A stretch of DNA of 64,000 bases from Dudresnaya verticillata (lineage: Eukaryota): NCBI GenBank assembly GCA_977862235.1, contig OZ374562.1, forward strand, positions 930,001 to 994,000. Reading direction: 5' to 3'. Shown piece after piece: positions 26,250 to 38,649 of this stretch. The notes below the pieces were generated by a model. It worked only from the letters and a program-made list of their open reading frames with translations. It did no database searches and was not told the DNA's origin. The stretch's first letter is position 1. The number at the start of each line of letters is the position of its first letter. Position numbers and translations under genes: made by a program.

Positions 26250-28121
26250 TCACCCGTGAGGTTGTTTTACTAACTGTATATACTGATAACACGGGCACTT
26301 CTCGCCCAACCCATCGATCTCGCCCGAGCGTAAATATGCCAGGCGGTGGGGTTGGAAAGGCGAAGCCCGAGGAGCCACCACTGAGATAAAAACTCCAGGA
26401 GTCGCCTCTCGAAGGGCCGCCGGAACAACTACCTCCATGGGTCAAGTCGCCAGGGGCTGATACACCTGATAGTCAGAGAGTCCAACCCCAGTGGCCTGCT
26501 CACCTCCAACTACAGTGTTAACCTTTTGGGTAGCATTCGGACGCCCTTGAAATTCTGGAATTGCACCCGTTGTCTCCAAAGCCAGCGGATCATCCGGTTG
26601 GCAATTGGCTGCTTGGGCTGGAGTCGCCGGAACACCCTGAGATCTGGTCATGGGGCTCAGGTCGCTCTTACGCAGAACCTAGCGGGTGGACTTTTTGCAG
26701 GAAGTGACAAATCGTGTGGAGATCTGCGGCATAGCAGCCGAAATGCTCGCAAGAGAAGCCTTGAGGGTCACCACTTCGGTTCCGAGGTGATTCATCGCTG
26801 CAATGTGGTTGCTCAGTTGATTAACTTGAACGTTCCCCATCTGGATCACCTCACGAGGTAATCCCTTGAGGAGAGCCTCTTTAGAAACCCACTCACGGAC
26901 AGCATCGAGAACATCCTCTACAGTCCTCGGAACAGGTACATTCGCGGCACGACAAGCCTCCTGAAGTCGTTCAATCCTGAGGTAAACCGAGGCCGGTAGT
27001 GCAATTCCTTAAGAAACCGTCGCGGTGCCAGAAGGACCACCTGGTTGATCCATCGGGTACCTCGCGAAGTCACCATTGCTGGGGTCGCCCTTACGGAAGT
27101 AGCCACAGACGTCACCACAGTTGGTATCACTGCAGGGGTGCTCGCACAGGTGTCGGCCGTCGTCCACCACGCATGTCTGTCACTGTCGCCGGTGCCACTC
27201 CAGGATCAGCAGCAGCTCGACGCGCTCCAATAACCGTTCGAGCAGCCCAGGCACGATTGGTGTCGCCACGGGCCTCACGAACCCGATCGGAAAAACCTCC
27301 ATAGGTTGCCGCCTACGGTTCTTCTTCCAGCCGCTTCCTTGTCGAGATTGGAGTGACTTCACCCCATTCCCGGTGAGTACCATATGGTTGCTCAAACGAG
27401 TAGAGTATGGGAACAGAATGGTTATCCGCAAGGTGGCGCCTACCAAATCCGTCAACCGCTTCGGAAACCTCGGGGTTATATGCAATCCAGACCTCGCTGA
27501 CAGCCCACTTGAAAGTCTCGGTGGCGGTCAACAGCCCCGCTAAGTCGTCACCAGCAAAGGTGCTGCCCTCAACAATAAAGGTAACCCCAAGGGTACGTAT
27601 GGACTCGGTGAGCGTCTTCGAGGGCCGAAACAGGCGACCATTAGGAAGGCCGTCTTGAGCACGGTAAAAATCTTTGGTGTAGGGTGTCGCGTCCCACAAA
27701 CCAAATTGGGCGGCCTGCAAGAAGGCCAGTGCTATATGGAGGACATGTTCGGTTTTCGCGATTGACCACACTGGGTAGTACCACTTTGAGGATAGGCCAC
27801 GCGCATGCGCGCCGTAACATGCCAGAACTACCGAAGTCAGAGACGGCAGTGAGTGCCGTCCTTTAAAGGAGTCTTACCAATTTGGTTTCTTGACATAGTG
27901 CTCACGTCGCCGACCCAGGGGCAAACTACACATCTCGACGTTGTAAAAACCTGCGAGGAGACCATCAGTACGGTTGTGCACTCGCGTCTCCGTCCAGATG
28001 TCAACCACCCACCGCCCGGTCAACCACTATAGGTCGGAGAAGGGCTTCGCTTCCACTAATAACTCTGGGAGTAACTTGATTCCCTTCACCCACTGGTTGC
28101 CCTCGGAGTAGTCATAGATGC
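26250..28121 (-). pseudogene. Antisense accessory ORF of G2, decayed; its upstream part continues beyond 53996
   Basis: Manual translation ..ETRVHNRTDGLL..SLPSLTSVVLACY..VWSIAKTEHVLHIALAFL resembles the G1 antisense ORF; the frame rejoins across the insertion as ..PIHYVPC-IYDYSEG. Confidence 0.65.
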
Positions 28122-28236
28122 TGTGGTATAGACGCTGTGCGCAAAACGGCTCCGTGGTCTACGTGAAAATAATCGAGAAATACGAATTTCGAAGTGACTC
28201 CGTGAATGCGCACGCCACGATGGCATTCGCATTACA
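28122..28236 (+). repeat. Solo LTR of family L2, 5' piece
   Basis: Reverse complement of the ~12430-12529 end and the ~12283-12306 repeat unit of the L2 LTR; preceded by TSD GATGC (28117-28121). Confidence 0.92.
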
Positions 28237-29162
28237 CACTACGAAGGCGATTTTAAAATGATTTGATAATTTCCATGGTAATATCCATTATATTTCTTGC
28301 GTCAGATTTTGCGCCGGGCCCGACGGATGCGCATCATTAAAATCCCAAATATGCAGCATGAATATCCTTGCGACACAGCCTCGCGCCGTTGATTTATGTT
28401 TCATTTCCCCAGCGCGTTTTGATCTCTTGTTTCCGGAGGTTTGGGGCATTATCGTTCATGTTTGGATTTGTCTTCGCAATACTTCAAATTGCCCAGGCCT
28501 GGGTCATGAAAATTACGAGTTGTTTTGCGAATCCTAATGAATCTGGTTCAAGGGAGTAATGCTTCATTTCCTTTGTTCTCTCGCTTACAACACACGTGTT
28601 GCGATGCGGCGGCATCTCGCCAAATCACGGGCTAGAAACATCTCATTAATGCTGTAGCGCATCGCATGGGCTTGCGCTTTACTCGGCAGTAAACACTGGT
28701 TTCCCGCGTTTCAGAATGTACTTTCAAAAACAGACTGAAATAAAACGCTTTGAAAGTACATGCGTTGGAAAGGGGAGCGTGCCCTGAGCACGCTGGTGCA
28801 AACGGAGTAGAAAACTAAGTAGTAGTTCTCGAGTTATGTTGGTTGGCGTGCTAACCCGGCAGCGGGTCTGAAATAATTAATTTTGCTATAATTTCTGAGA
28901 TTTTTAATTCGGATTTGCGGTAACCTAGGCTACTTCCATAGGCCCCTCACCGCGCAGTAATTGCTGCCGCAACATTGCAGAACTACTCGTCAGTGCAATG
29001 TCGCGCATCCACACAACATACAGAGTACTGCAGCACTGCCATGAATTCCTTTCCGCGCCTCACTCCCGAAAATCTTCACGCATTCTTCAGCAGAATAACG
29101 CTCGTCGTGAGCGGGGAAGAAGCCCGGGTCAAGCCTGTGAGTTTGCAGCTTGGGAGTTCAGG

Positions 29163-29301
29163 CGCATGGTGTTGGCGGGGCCGAGAGTGGAGCTGGCGGC
29201 GAGAGCATAGTAGGGAACAATTTTGAAGTGACGAAGATGCATGGTGTTGGAGGGGCCGAGAGTGCAACTGGCGGCGAGAGCAGTAGGGAACAATATTGAA
29301 G
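29163..29301. repeat. Two-copy direct repeat (~76-bp period)
   Basis: GCATGGTGTTGG.GGGGCCGAGAGTG.A.CTGGCGGCGAGAGCA..GTAGGGAACAA occurs twice. Confidence 0.85.
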
Positions 29302-29559
29302 GGACGAAGCATGAAGGAGCTCCAGTATGGAATAAATATTGCTGTCGTGGGGGGAAAGGTTGGACACGGCAAGGCTCAGTCTAGCTTGCCCTGGAATCTG
29401 CCTCGGTATTTCTGAAGGGTATTGTCAAAGCAGCAGGAAAGCAGCGGGTTTCTGCTGCTAAGGCGAGTCGGGTTGCCTTGAAGGGGAAGCTATAACGAAA
29501 TATTTCCGTGTATGTAGCTAGTTTGCTCCTTTCCTTAGGATACCTTTGTTCAGTTCTAG

Positions 29560-31705
29560 TGTCTGCGTCATGGTTTACGCGGGTGAATCATCTCTCTCCG
29601 CAGTCAACTGGAATCACTATAGTTGTGTGACAGAGCACGAAGACTGTGTCCCAATTCACAACAAGCGAACAGGGTTCAGGACAACATTACACATACAGTA
29701 AGACTCTACCCTCACTGGAGCTTCTCCAGAGCGATAGGAACCTAACGCGATACATCACATCTTCAATACGTTGACGGTGGTAGAACGATATGTCCGCCCG
29801 CTAATTGCTTTCTCAGCTCAGTCCACGATTCCGGAATATCAATCTGTGTTGTCCAACTATCTGGTGAACCCGAAGCCGCGCCGATCAGTTGACGGAGATG
29901 TCGTACATAGCCTGGTGCAGTATATTACCTCACTACTAATGCTGTGAACAGCGATGATATAATCATTTCACCAGAGGCGTAGCGCTGCCTCTCATGAGAT
30001 GACTATGCATAGTATTCATTTCGTACGTGTTCCTGGTCATGGTGCTAAAGCCGCTCTTCGAAGCCACATGCGAAGAAGCCACTTCTAGATTGATTAGAGG
30101 ACTTTCTCCGTCGATGCTGATAATTAAATGGCCCCTTGAAGCCGACGGGAGTTTTTTCACGTTTGTGTAGTTTAACGTATTCCGCTTCGAGCCACGAGAT
30201 GAAATTCATAGCGATTCAATCTCTACTCCACACTCTCTGCCTTCAAACCTTTACGCTTCATGACACGCGCTGTTGATGTAGAAAGAGTTCGGGCAATAGC
30301 GGGTTTACCAGCTGACTTCGGGCGCTGGAAAGCCTGCGCACCGTCTGTTTGGTTCGCATACTTGCCAACCAAACAGACGATATACATATCAACAGAATCT
30401 GCAAATATGTCTTCGTTACCCATCACATGCACGAGTGTTCTTTCATGTCTTTCCAAGCCACCTTCAGAAGGTTGTGGCGAGTCGAGGTCTATTTGAGAAG
30501 TATAAATCTGTTTGCCTCTGCTCTCGGTCTTCAATATGTGGCTAGTACTGCCGGAATGTCAGCTTGTGATATTTCATCCTGAACTCTTTCACGTATGCTG
30601 CGTCCTTCTTTCATGAACTGTTTCGCGTTTTCAACGAACCTCTTAATGACGCTGTGACCGTGGTACAATAACGCCGTACTTAACATGTTTGCTTATAGTG
30701 TTGTTTCCACGTTGAACAGAGTCCAGTCCTTGTCCGTGCTCCTTCTCACAGCAAGGAGCACGGGGCCATAAGCTTGAACACTGTCGCTATTCTTCCAAAC
30801 CGAATTGCGTCAAACTCTTAGCTGCCAACAGTCCCGTTTCTAACTCTTGCATGCAAAGACTATCTCTTTTCGACCCTTGTCATGCCCTTCGGGGTAGACC
30901 GGCTGGAAGCCAGCATTGCTACGTTGCACACTGTTCCTGTCTAGGGAGTTGGCTGCTCCCCCATATTTATCTTCTCGGTTTTAGATATTGTGCGGCCTGT
31001 CATTGAGAACGTTTGATTCGACAGGTCCCATGCTGTGGCCAGCACCTAATACAGGAGATCTGGCACCCTCAGAAGGACCGTGGGCATGCTGCCCATCATC
31101 TTCTGCTTGCGGTCGTGAATACTGATTTCCTGGGACGACTGTCGGCCTCTAGACGCTGTGGAATACCAATAGAAGATCTCTAGTAAGGCAGCATAGAGCC
31201 AATCCCATTCATCTACTCTTCACCGGAAAGGGTCTTGAGATGGTCCATAGCAGTGCCAAACTGGAAGGAAGACTCACTCATGTAAGTTGTTCAAATTGTA
31301 TTCCGGGACAGTCCCTGAATAGTTTCTGACGGTCAAAGCCGCCTTCAGAGTATCTGAGTCTTCTTTGTAGGGTCCCGGCGGTGTGTATTTGCCAGTATGA
31401 ATACCGCATTTGCTGCACTAACGTGCGCCCGGCTTAAGCCGGGACCGAATTCGGGCATCCATTTCTGAGGCAGAGCCGTTCAGGTAGATCAGATGATGAT
31501 GAAAATAGGGATTGTGCCCTATAAACTTCAGCCAGTCCTCATCAATCCAATTCGGGTTAGAACTCAGAACGATCGCTTTAGTGTTCAGGTTTGATGAGCA
31601 TGATTCTGCAAGGAACTCCTTCACAAATATCTGTAGCAACTCCCGCTTCACTCTTCCCTGACTACAACATGCCCTGTTACTGCCTAGTTTGCAGACATAT
31701 TTCAA
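29560..31705 (-). pseudogene. Heavily decayed unknown cargo gene(s)
   Basis: Series of minus-strand protein-like fragments (31418-31705, ~30530-30800, 30223-30534, 29963-30160) with many stops. Confidence 0.3.
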
Positions 31706-31873
31706 CTGTCACTGCGTGTTGTAGCAGGCGTGATCCAAATGTCTTTGCCCCGACCGGTTCATATGAGCTTGGTCGTGCATATTTGCGTGATCTCGTTCTG
31801 AAAATATCAGAACCTACTGGAATCAGACTGGCAACTCAGGTGGTTCCATGTCACTTTCCGATATCTCCTAGAC

Positions 31874-34800
31874 GTGCCACCAGTGCCGGCACCTGTCTTC
31901 GCCTCCTCAGCAGTAATTACCAGTTGTGTCATCAGCTGGAAGGAGATCTCCGCGACGCGGAGACGAAACGGTCGGCAAGCTGGACCAGAAATGTCGACAT
32001 CTTCAACTGCAGTGCGTGAAGATAATGACGGCAAGGAAACTGTTACTTCCCCTACTCGAAGGCGTGTTCAGTTGCTCGAAAAAGGGCTGATAGTCGGCAC
32101 AGCTGAGCCGCTCGTCCCGCCAGAGCCTAGTGGAGCGGACAGTACAGGATGCTATTGCACTAGACTACATGGGCAATATCTGCACGAAGTCGAGGAGGAA
32201 GGGCAAACATTGGCGGTCATTTACAAAGTCAAGATAGAGGAAAAGTTTTCTTCGAAGCCATACCGTTACACCTACAAGGGCGTAGAAGATCCACCTGCTA
32301 CTCTTCGAGGTCTTGAGGTTGGAATGCATGTTTAGGACGTGTCGCAGATGCGCAACAAACCCGTTGGCGGCCGCTCCAATAGTAAACCTCACACACCAAC
32401 CCCCGCGACACGTCGAAACAGGCGTAAACAGGCCGTGAAAACACCACCCAAGGCTGGGAGAGGAGGAAAGCGACTCACTGTGGATTCCCCGCAAACAGCA
32501 CCGTCGCCAGCATTAACAGCGTCACATCTGCAGTACACACCTCGATCCAGACCTGCATGGCGACCTCGGCCACAGGTTTTAAACCTGGCAGATGGACCTA
32601 CTCCGCAAGAAGAAGAATCTAGTGACGAGGCATATGTACCGGGGAGTGAGGCGGACGATAGCGATACGCTTGAAAAGGCGGAGGAGGGGGCTGAAACAGA
32701 AGGACTAGTGGAACCAAACGCAATGTCCAGCCCTCCTGCGGAGACAAATGCTGCTGCAAGCCCAGGGCCGGAAGAGGAGGAAATGTACATGGAATAACAA
32801 AACACTCGGCAGAAGCGACGCTACGTCTCTCACAACAGGCCGAGAGGTAACCCCACTGCACCGTTGATGGCCAGCAAGCGCCGGAAACTGCTCGAAGACC
32901 GTGAGAGCACAAACATCTCATCGTGGGTATGCTGTCAGTCCAAACAATGCTTTGGAACAATCGAAAGCACATATGTGAAGGAGGAAGCAAGGCGTACAAT
33001 TGCAATGAATGGGGCAGCTCGGTGGGCATATCTACGAAGCCTGTTGGAACGCAACTCGAATATGTACTTCTTCAACGCCAGGCCGGTGTGTTACACATTT
33101 CTGGAACGGGCATTTGGATTTTCGAGGGACTTACAGTCGTCGACGAAAGGGACAAGACATGCCCGAAGGCGAACTGGTCCCGGAAAGAGTTCGCGAGATG
33201 CTTCAACTGACTCTCTTGAACTTATTGTGAGTTTCTTGGAAAGGGTAGTGGAAGCCACATCTGACGCAATGCCAGACAAAGATGAGCTCCATCTGCCCTT
33301 CTTTCAAAAGCAGGCGGTCTACGACGTCTTTTTACGTAACCTTGCCGAATTGTACCGAGGAAAGACGCCGCCCTCTCAGAGTTACTTTTACACTGTTTGG
33401 ACTACACATTGCGCAAGGATCAAAGTGCGCAAAACCCACCGATTCGCGAAGTGTGCCGAGTGCAAGACTGTGAGGGACCAACTTGCCCGCATGACGTCAG
33501 GGGGTGCAGACCAGACGGCGACGAAGGGATTGAGACAGCGCCGCAGGCGGGATATAGAGATGGTAAGGCAGGAAATAATCGAGTACCGGAAGAAATGAGA
33601 CATGGCAAACCTCTCGCCGACAAGGTATTGCTCAATGATTATCGATGGTGCAGATCAATCGGCGTATGGTCTGCCGCACTTCCATGTTCGATCGAAAGCC
33701 ACAACGGGTCATGCGCTGGCAGCAAAGTTAATAGGAGTACTGGACCACAGTGCTGCAGATCGATTGTCGTTATTAACAATGACTGCAGAGTTCGAATCCG
33801 GTGCAGACCATATTGTTGAGGCGTTGCACCGCGTGTTAGCAACCAAATATGATAGAGGGGAGGTTCGGGGCACTCTCTTTCTGCAAGGAGACAACTGTAC
33901 ACGTGAAAACAAGAACACGTTCCTACTCGTGTACTTGGAGTCGCTCGTGTCGTGGGGGGTATTCACTGAAGTGCATATGTCTTTCTTGCCAATCGGGCAC
34001 ACACATGCCGACATCGACCAAACTTTTAGTTGCACCTCCAGGAGGCTTCGCGTCCACGACGCGGTGACTATGCAGGACTTGATGGAGGAACTACGCCAAT
34101 CGTACACACCCGCGCCTATAGTGACGCGCATGCGACACATCGTGAACTGGTCCGGAATCTGCAAACAGGAAAAGTGTATTGGGGGGTTGAGCCTTTCTCC
34201 CACTTTCGCTACTTCAAATTGTCCAGATCGGAACTGAACTCCGGCTCTACTGCAGCTTATTATAAGAAGAAGAGTGAGGTACGATTGGGTTGCAAGTATT
34301 CGTGGGAGGCGTTGAAAACAAAGGGACCTCAACAAGGATTCTTGCTATTCCCACCCGAATTGGGAAAGACACCTGCCACTGCGATAATCTCCCCTCCAGA
34401 TAAGGAAGAAGTAAGCAAGCGCTTACGCTCAGAGGAGCTGCGAATCCATGACTCCGCGAAGCTAAAGGACTTACAAAAGTTGCGCGATGAGGTCTTCCGC
34501 GATCGCGAGGAGCCTCTGCATTGGGACCTGACAAAGGTATTCGAGAAGAAGGGGGTATATATAAAGTCGGAGCAAGTTTTCGAAAGCGATGGTGAACTGG
34601 GGGAGGATGCAGATAGAGACGCTGAGGAGCAGGATGACGCTGAGCACGAGACTCAGCGTGCTGACTTGACGTATGGTGTCAACCTTTTCGTGGTGCTGAA
34701 CATTAAGGACAATAATGTGCCTTTCTGCATCGGACAGGTACAGGGCTGGGAGAAGGACAGAGCGGGTGTCGTTTGCACCCTGTCAATCAGGTGGTATGAG

Positions 34801-34998
34801 GTTGGTTCAGGACAGGACGCGTGGGACGGTAAATATCGCCCTTCTGTCTGCGCCAGAACCAAGAAGGCATGGACTGACGATGTTGATGCCGCGTCTGTCC
34901 TCGTTGAGTTTGAGAAGCTGTCTAATAATGCCTGCCCCAAGCCGTTAAGAAGAAGATACGAGACTCCTTACAGAAATCGTAGCACGATAGTCCATTAA
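31874..34998 (+). pseudogene. Sola-like (DUF7869-type) DDD transposase with extra N- and C-terminal domains
   Basis: 31874-34237 is one frame with three internal stops, then a frameshift to 34030-34998; KCAECK, IIDGADQ, LQGDNCTRENKN, FLPIGHTHADIDQTFS. Confidence 0.75.
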
Positions 34999-35779
34999 AG
35001 TCTTAACGCTCCTGGATTGAAGGAGAAGGGAATTGTTGTGAACCTCGGAATGCTAATCACCCAATACCTACTCTGAATGTCCTTGATGTGGCATAACGTA
35101 ACGCTGACATAAAGTAACGCTGATTTTCCTTGATGTGGCATAACGTACCACACTGCCACGAATACTTTCGATTTGGATGCCCTGCATATCCCGCTTTCGT
35201 TATGCATGACGCTGCAGAGTGAAGTAGACTGCCTCCCGTTTTTCTCACTACCTTGCTTAATATATGCACTCTGCCTCGCTGTCCAACTATGAAATGGCCC
35301 TTGACCTTTATGCTGAATTCGTCAAGGACGCTTTCATATTTGGTGGAGAACGCGATAGCTATTCATGCAATATACGCTTGAGTCATGAAAAACGCTGCAG
35401 GTCCAGCAAATATCTACCGGTGTTAATAGCTTCCTCCGCTATTTTGTCGCGAAAGAACTGGGCTTTGAGCATGTATGCTTTGTGCATGTATGAAGCATTG
35501 AGCGACCCGGCTCTAATGGCTACGGAGCTCGAGGAACTTGCGGAAGCCTGAGAAGAGCGTCGCCCTGCGGAACACCGTAGCCGGCACGGCCCCGGAACAG
35601 ACCAAGCAGCAAATATCCAACAAATGGAGCCGTCTTCTGTAGCCAAGCGTGCTACTGTCGGTTCACATCGTTGGCTGGGTCTTCGATTGTGGTCACAGCA
35701 AGATCGTTGAAAGTCAACTCAGGCGTTGACCGCTTCGCGTCTAGACTTTCCCTCTCACATAGTGTCAATTAAGCCATGT

Positions 35780-36110
35780 GACGAGTAGCCACGGGAACCT
35801 CGCGGGAAAGCTGTGCAACCAGACAGGATTTTACCAAAGAGAACAATTCTCTTGTATGAAAACCCTGAACTTCGCCTCAGTGTCTTCTTGTTTAGAGCTC
35901 TCCCACAGTGCGGCATGAAGAGCACGGTACAGGCCCCAGAAGGCGGGGCACGCACTGTGAAAGCGTCCGCCGCTACAGCGTCGAAGCCTGCCTAGCGTGC
36001 CATCTTGATGCCATCCTCATTCATAACCGCGTCGGTGTTGGTGCAATGCGAGGGGTTGCCTGTTGTCTCGCTCTCTGCGAGAGAGTCTCTCGTGGAAGCT
36101 ATTCCCAATC
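35780..36110 (-). pseudogene. SRR1-domain-like fragment
   Basis: Manual translation LGIAS..TDAVMNEDGIKMAR*AGF..TVLFMPHCGRAL..RIVLFG resembles the SRR1 DPV..LFYMPHC..GNS pattern. Confidence 0.4.
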
Positions 36111-37112
36111 AACTGACTCGCCACAGCCAACGCAAAAATCGCCCCATGCCTCTTCCCAAAAAGCGTCAGAGTAAAACACGCAGGCCTTCTTGCGGGCGCA
36201 GAGCACGAGCAGGTCGTCACGACCAAACATGCCATCGAGCCACTTACAGAAGTCCTCAAACTCTGGGTCCAGATCCGCAAGGGCCTTTCTGCAATCGCGC
36301 CACCGAACGCACTCACTGCTTCGGCGAATTACTATGCGCAGTAAGTTGTTGATACGGAGACCTGCGCGGGCAGCCATCGCGCGAGCGCGGTTGCTGCGTG
36401 TGGCTAGCGTGTTGCTGCGACGGGTGCCCCCTTTGCTGTAACGTTCTCAGCATACAGTCCCGCCGAGGGACTAACGGCCTCTGCGGAGCACTTGACGTTG
36501 ACCCCAGGAAGATCTCCATCCTCAATGCCGACCTGTTTCTCAGCCTCTAAAGAATTCTCCTCCGGAAAAATTTCCTCAATGCCCTCTCCCACTCCCTGAC
36601 TGTCGGCGAAGCAGTCCATAACAAACGCATCCGGCGTCTCCTTCCCAGCATCCCCAACGCAGCCAAAATATTCCTCCTCTTGTGCCCGTTCAAAAACGCC
36701 CTGTGAAGGCGAGAGTGAGCAGACGTGCGTGAAACCCGACGGAAGAGAGAAGCGGTGCGGGTAGTGCGTGTGTGCGTCGCGCAATGCGCGCAGTAGCGTC
36801 TTCAGCGTGGCGTATCCGACATCGGGGCGCAGCAGCTCGCTGAAGCGCAGCGAGGCGCGCGGGGAGCGCCGCGCCATCCGCCGCTGGGCGCCGCAGGGGT
36901 GTGCCTAGCGACAGGTATCCATGCCCAAACCAGGCGGACGTCGACGCTGCGCTGCGACTGCAGCCTGCTCAGGGCGGTACATACAGCTGAGGGTGTGGAT
37001 GGGTTGCGCAGGGGGTGTTTTGGGCAGGGAAGCAGATGCAGCTATTCTGATGTGTGTCATACCGACCGCGCTGCCGCGTGCCTGCAGCGATGGGACTGTA
37101 TGATTCCGAGAT

Positions 37113-37459
37113 GGCCGGATAGGTTTCTGCGAATGCGAGCCGCCAGGACCTATCCGGCAATATTGATATTAGTTTTTAGGTTTTCTCGACCCGGCGACGC
37201 AAAAACCTTTCTAATAGGTATTCTGGTTGCGTGCTTACAAATACCTACAAAGGTATTTCTGAAGCGCCGACAGCAAAACTTATTGCAATAGGTTTTGTGA
37301 AAGTGATTTGGAAAACACCTATATAGGTATTTCCAGATTCCGTGTAGAAATACCTATTAAACAGATATTCGATCTCTCGCGCCGTGAAAACCTATTTGTC
37401 AATATTGATATTAGTTTTTAGGTTTCTGCAAGGTCGTGCTGTGAAAACCTATCCGGGCT
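37113..37459. repeat. AT-rich MITE-like fold-back segment
   Basis: CCGGATAGGTTT at the left and AAACCTATCCGG at the right; AATATTGATATTAGTTTTTAGGTTT twice inside; no TSD seen. Confidence 0.6.
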
Positions 37460-37913
37460 CCCGGGGCTCGGTCGTACACAGTCCGCCGCCTGCCCGCGCT
37501 CGTCGCCATATTTGTGTGTGCACCTCGCGCACCATGCCGCGCACCATCCACACTGCCGCCAGTTCTTCCTGTTCACGCCAGACTATCGTTGCTGACCCCG
37601 CGGCGGGTTTAGAGCCGGCGCCCATGTGACGCAGAAATGCTCTCGCATGGCCAAATGTCCTGCGCACAGCGCACAGCGCAGGGAATCGTCCCCCGCGGCA
37701 TTACCATCAAGCACGGATACGGGCGCGTATCGTGTTGTTCGGGCGTGAGAAGAGATGGAAAGATGCAACACAACGCAGTTTACATTTCAGTTTCCGGCGA
37801 GTCACAGGACCACTCTAAAGATTGCCGATAGCTGCACATTTCCGGTATCCCCCCTCCATCCGAGCTGGGTTCTGTTCGTTCTGTGCTGGACCATACATTT
37901 CGGTAATCGCCCT

Positions 37914-38114
37914 TTATAGGGCACTGACTCTCCCCCTAATGCTCCTCAGCGCGTTCACAGCTCGCCTGCCTTCACCATACATAATCTCTCTCACGGCTTG
38001 TGCCACGGCCCGAAGTTGCTCATCGAGATAGTTTGCTCTCGTCTGCAGTTGTCGAACCTGCAGACGGAGGTCGTCAATCTCACCTCTCAGCTCCTGGAGT
38101 GTTTGACGCGTCAT
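37914..38114 (-). CDS. Small coiled-coil protein
   Basis: Heptad pattern LQELRGEIDDLRLQVRQLQTRANYL; similar to the neighbouring ORF. Confidence 0.4.
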   Translation of the reverse strand: MTRQTLQELRGEIDDLRLQVRQLQTRANYLDEQLRAVAQAVREIMYGEGRRAVNALRSIRGRVSAL

Positions 38115-38172
38115 TCTGATTTCTCTTCTAGCCCCTTCTCACTAGGCACGTCGGTGTGCAGTGCAATGGCGA

Positions 38173-38619
38173 TCAAACTGGAGGGGCAGGAAAATGTGAT
38201 TCTGGATCTGAATCCAACTCGATGTACACCTCTTCTCTGTGTTCAATTCCCAACCTTTCTTCAATTGAACGTAGTCTGTCCCGAGCCTGCCCGGCAAACC
38301 TCATGACGTGTACAACGACCTTTCCCACGCGGTTGAAAACATCGCTATATATGGCATCCAGGCGCAGTCGTGCGTCATCAATGAACGACCTCATCTCAAG
38401 AACCTCAGCCCGAAGAGTCTGAACTTCACGCAACATTGTCGTGGGGTCAAGACTCGGAATTCGGTCGCGATGTCCATGTGAGAAGTTCATGGGGTATATC
38501 TTTGTCCACGTTCGAGACATTGCAAGGCCATTGCAGCAAAGCCGCACTTGATCTGGAATAAACGCTGTAGACTGAGGATTCTGAAAAGCTCGTGCCAGGC
38601 GAATATACCCAATATGCAT
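38173..38619 (-). CDS. Small coiled-coil protein; real start may be ~38490 or 38435
   Basis: VQTLRAEVLEMRSFIDDARLRL..ARDRLRSIEERL. Confidence 0.45.
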   Translation of the reverse strand: MHIGYIRLARAFQNPQSTAFIPDQVRLCCNGLAMSRTWTKIYPMNFSHGHRDRIPSLDPTTMLREVQTLRAEVLEMRSFIDDARLRLDAIYSDVFNRVGKVVVHVMRFAGQARDRLRSIEERLGIEHREEVYIELDSDPESHFPAPPV

Positions 38620-38649
38620 CTCGGAGGTTACTCTGACGGTAATATCGTA

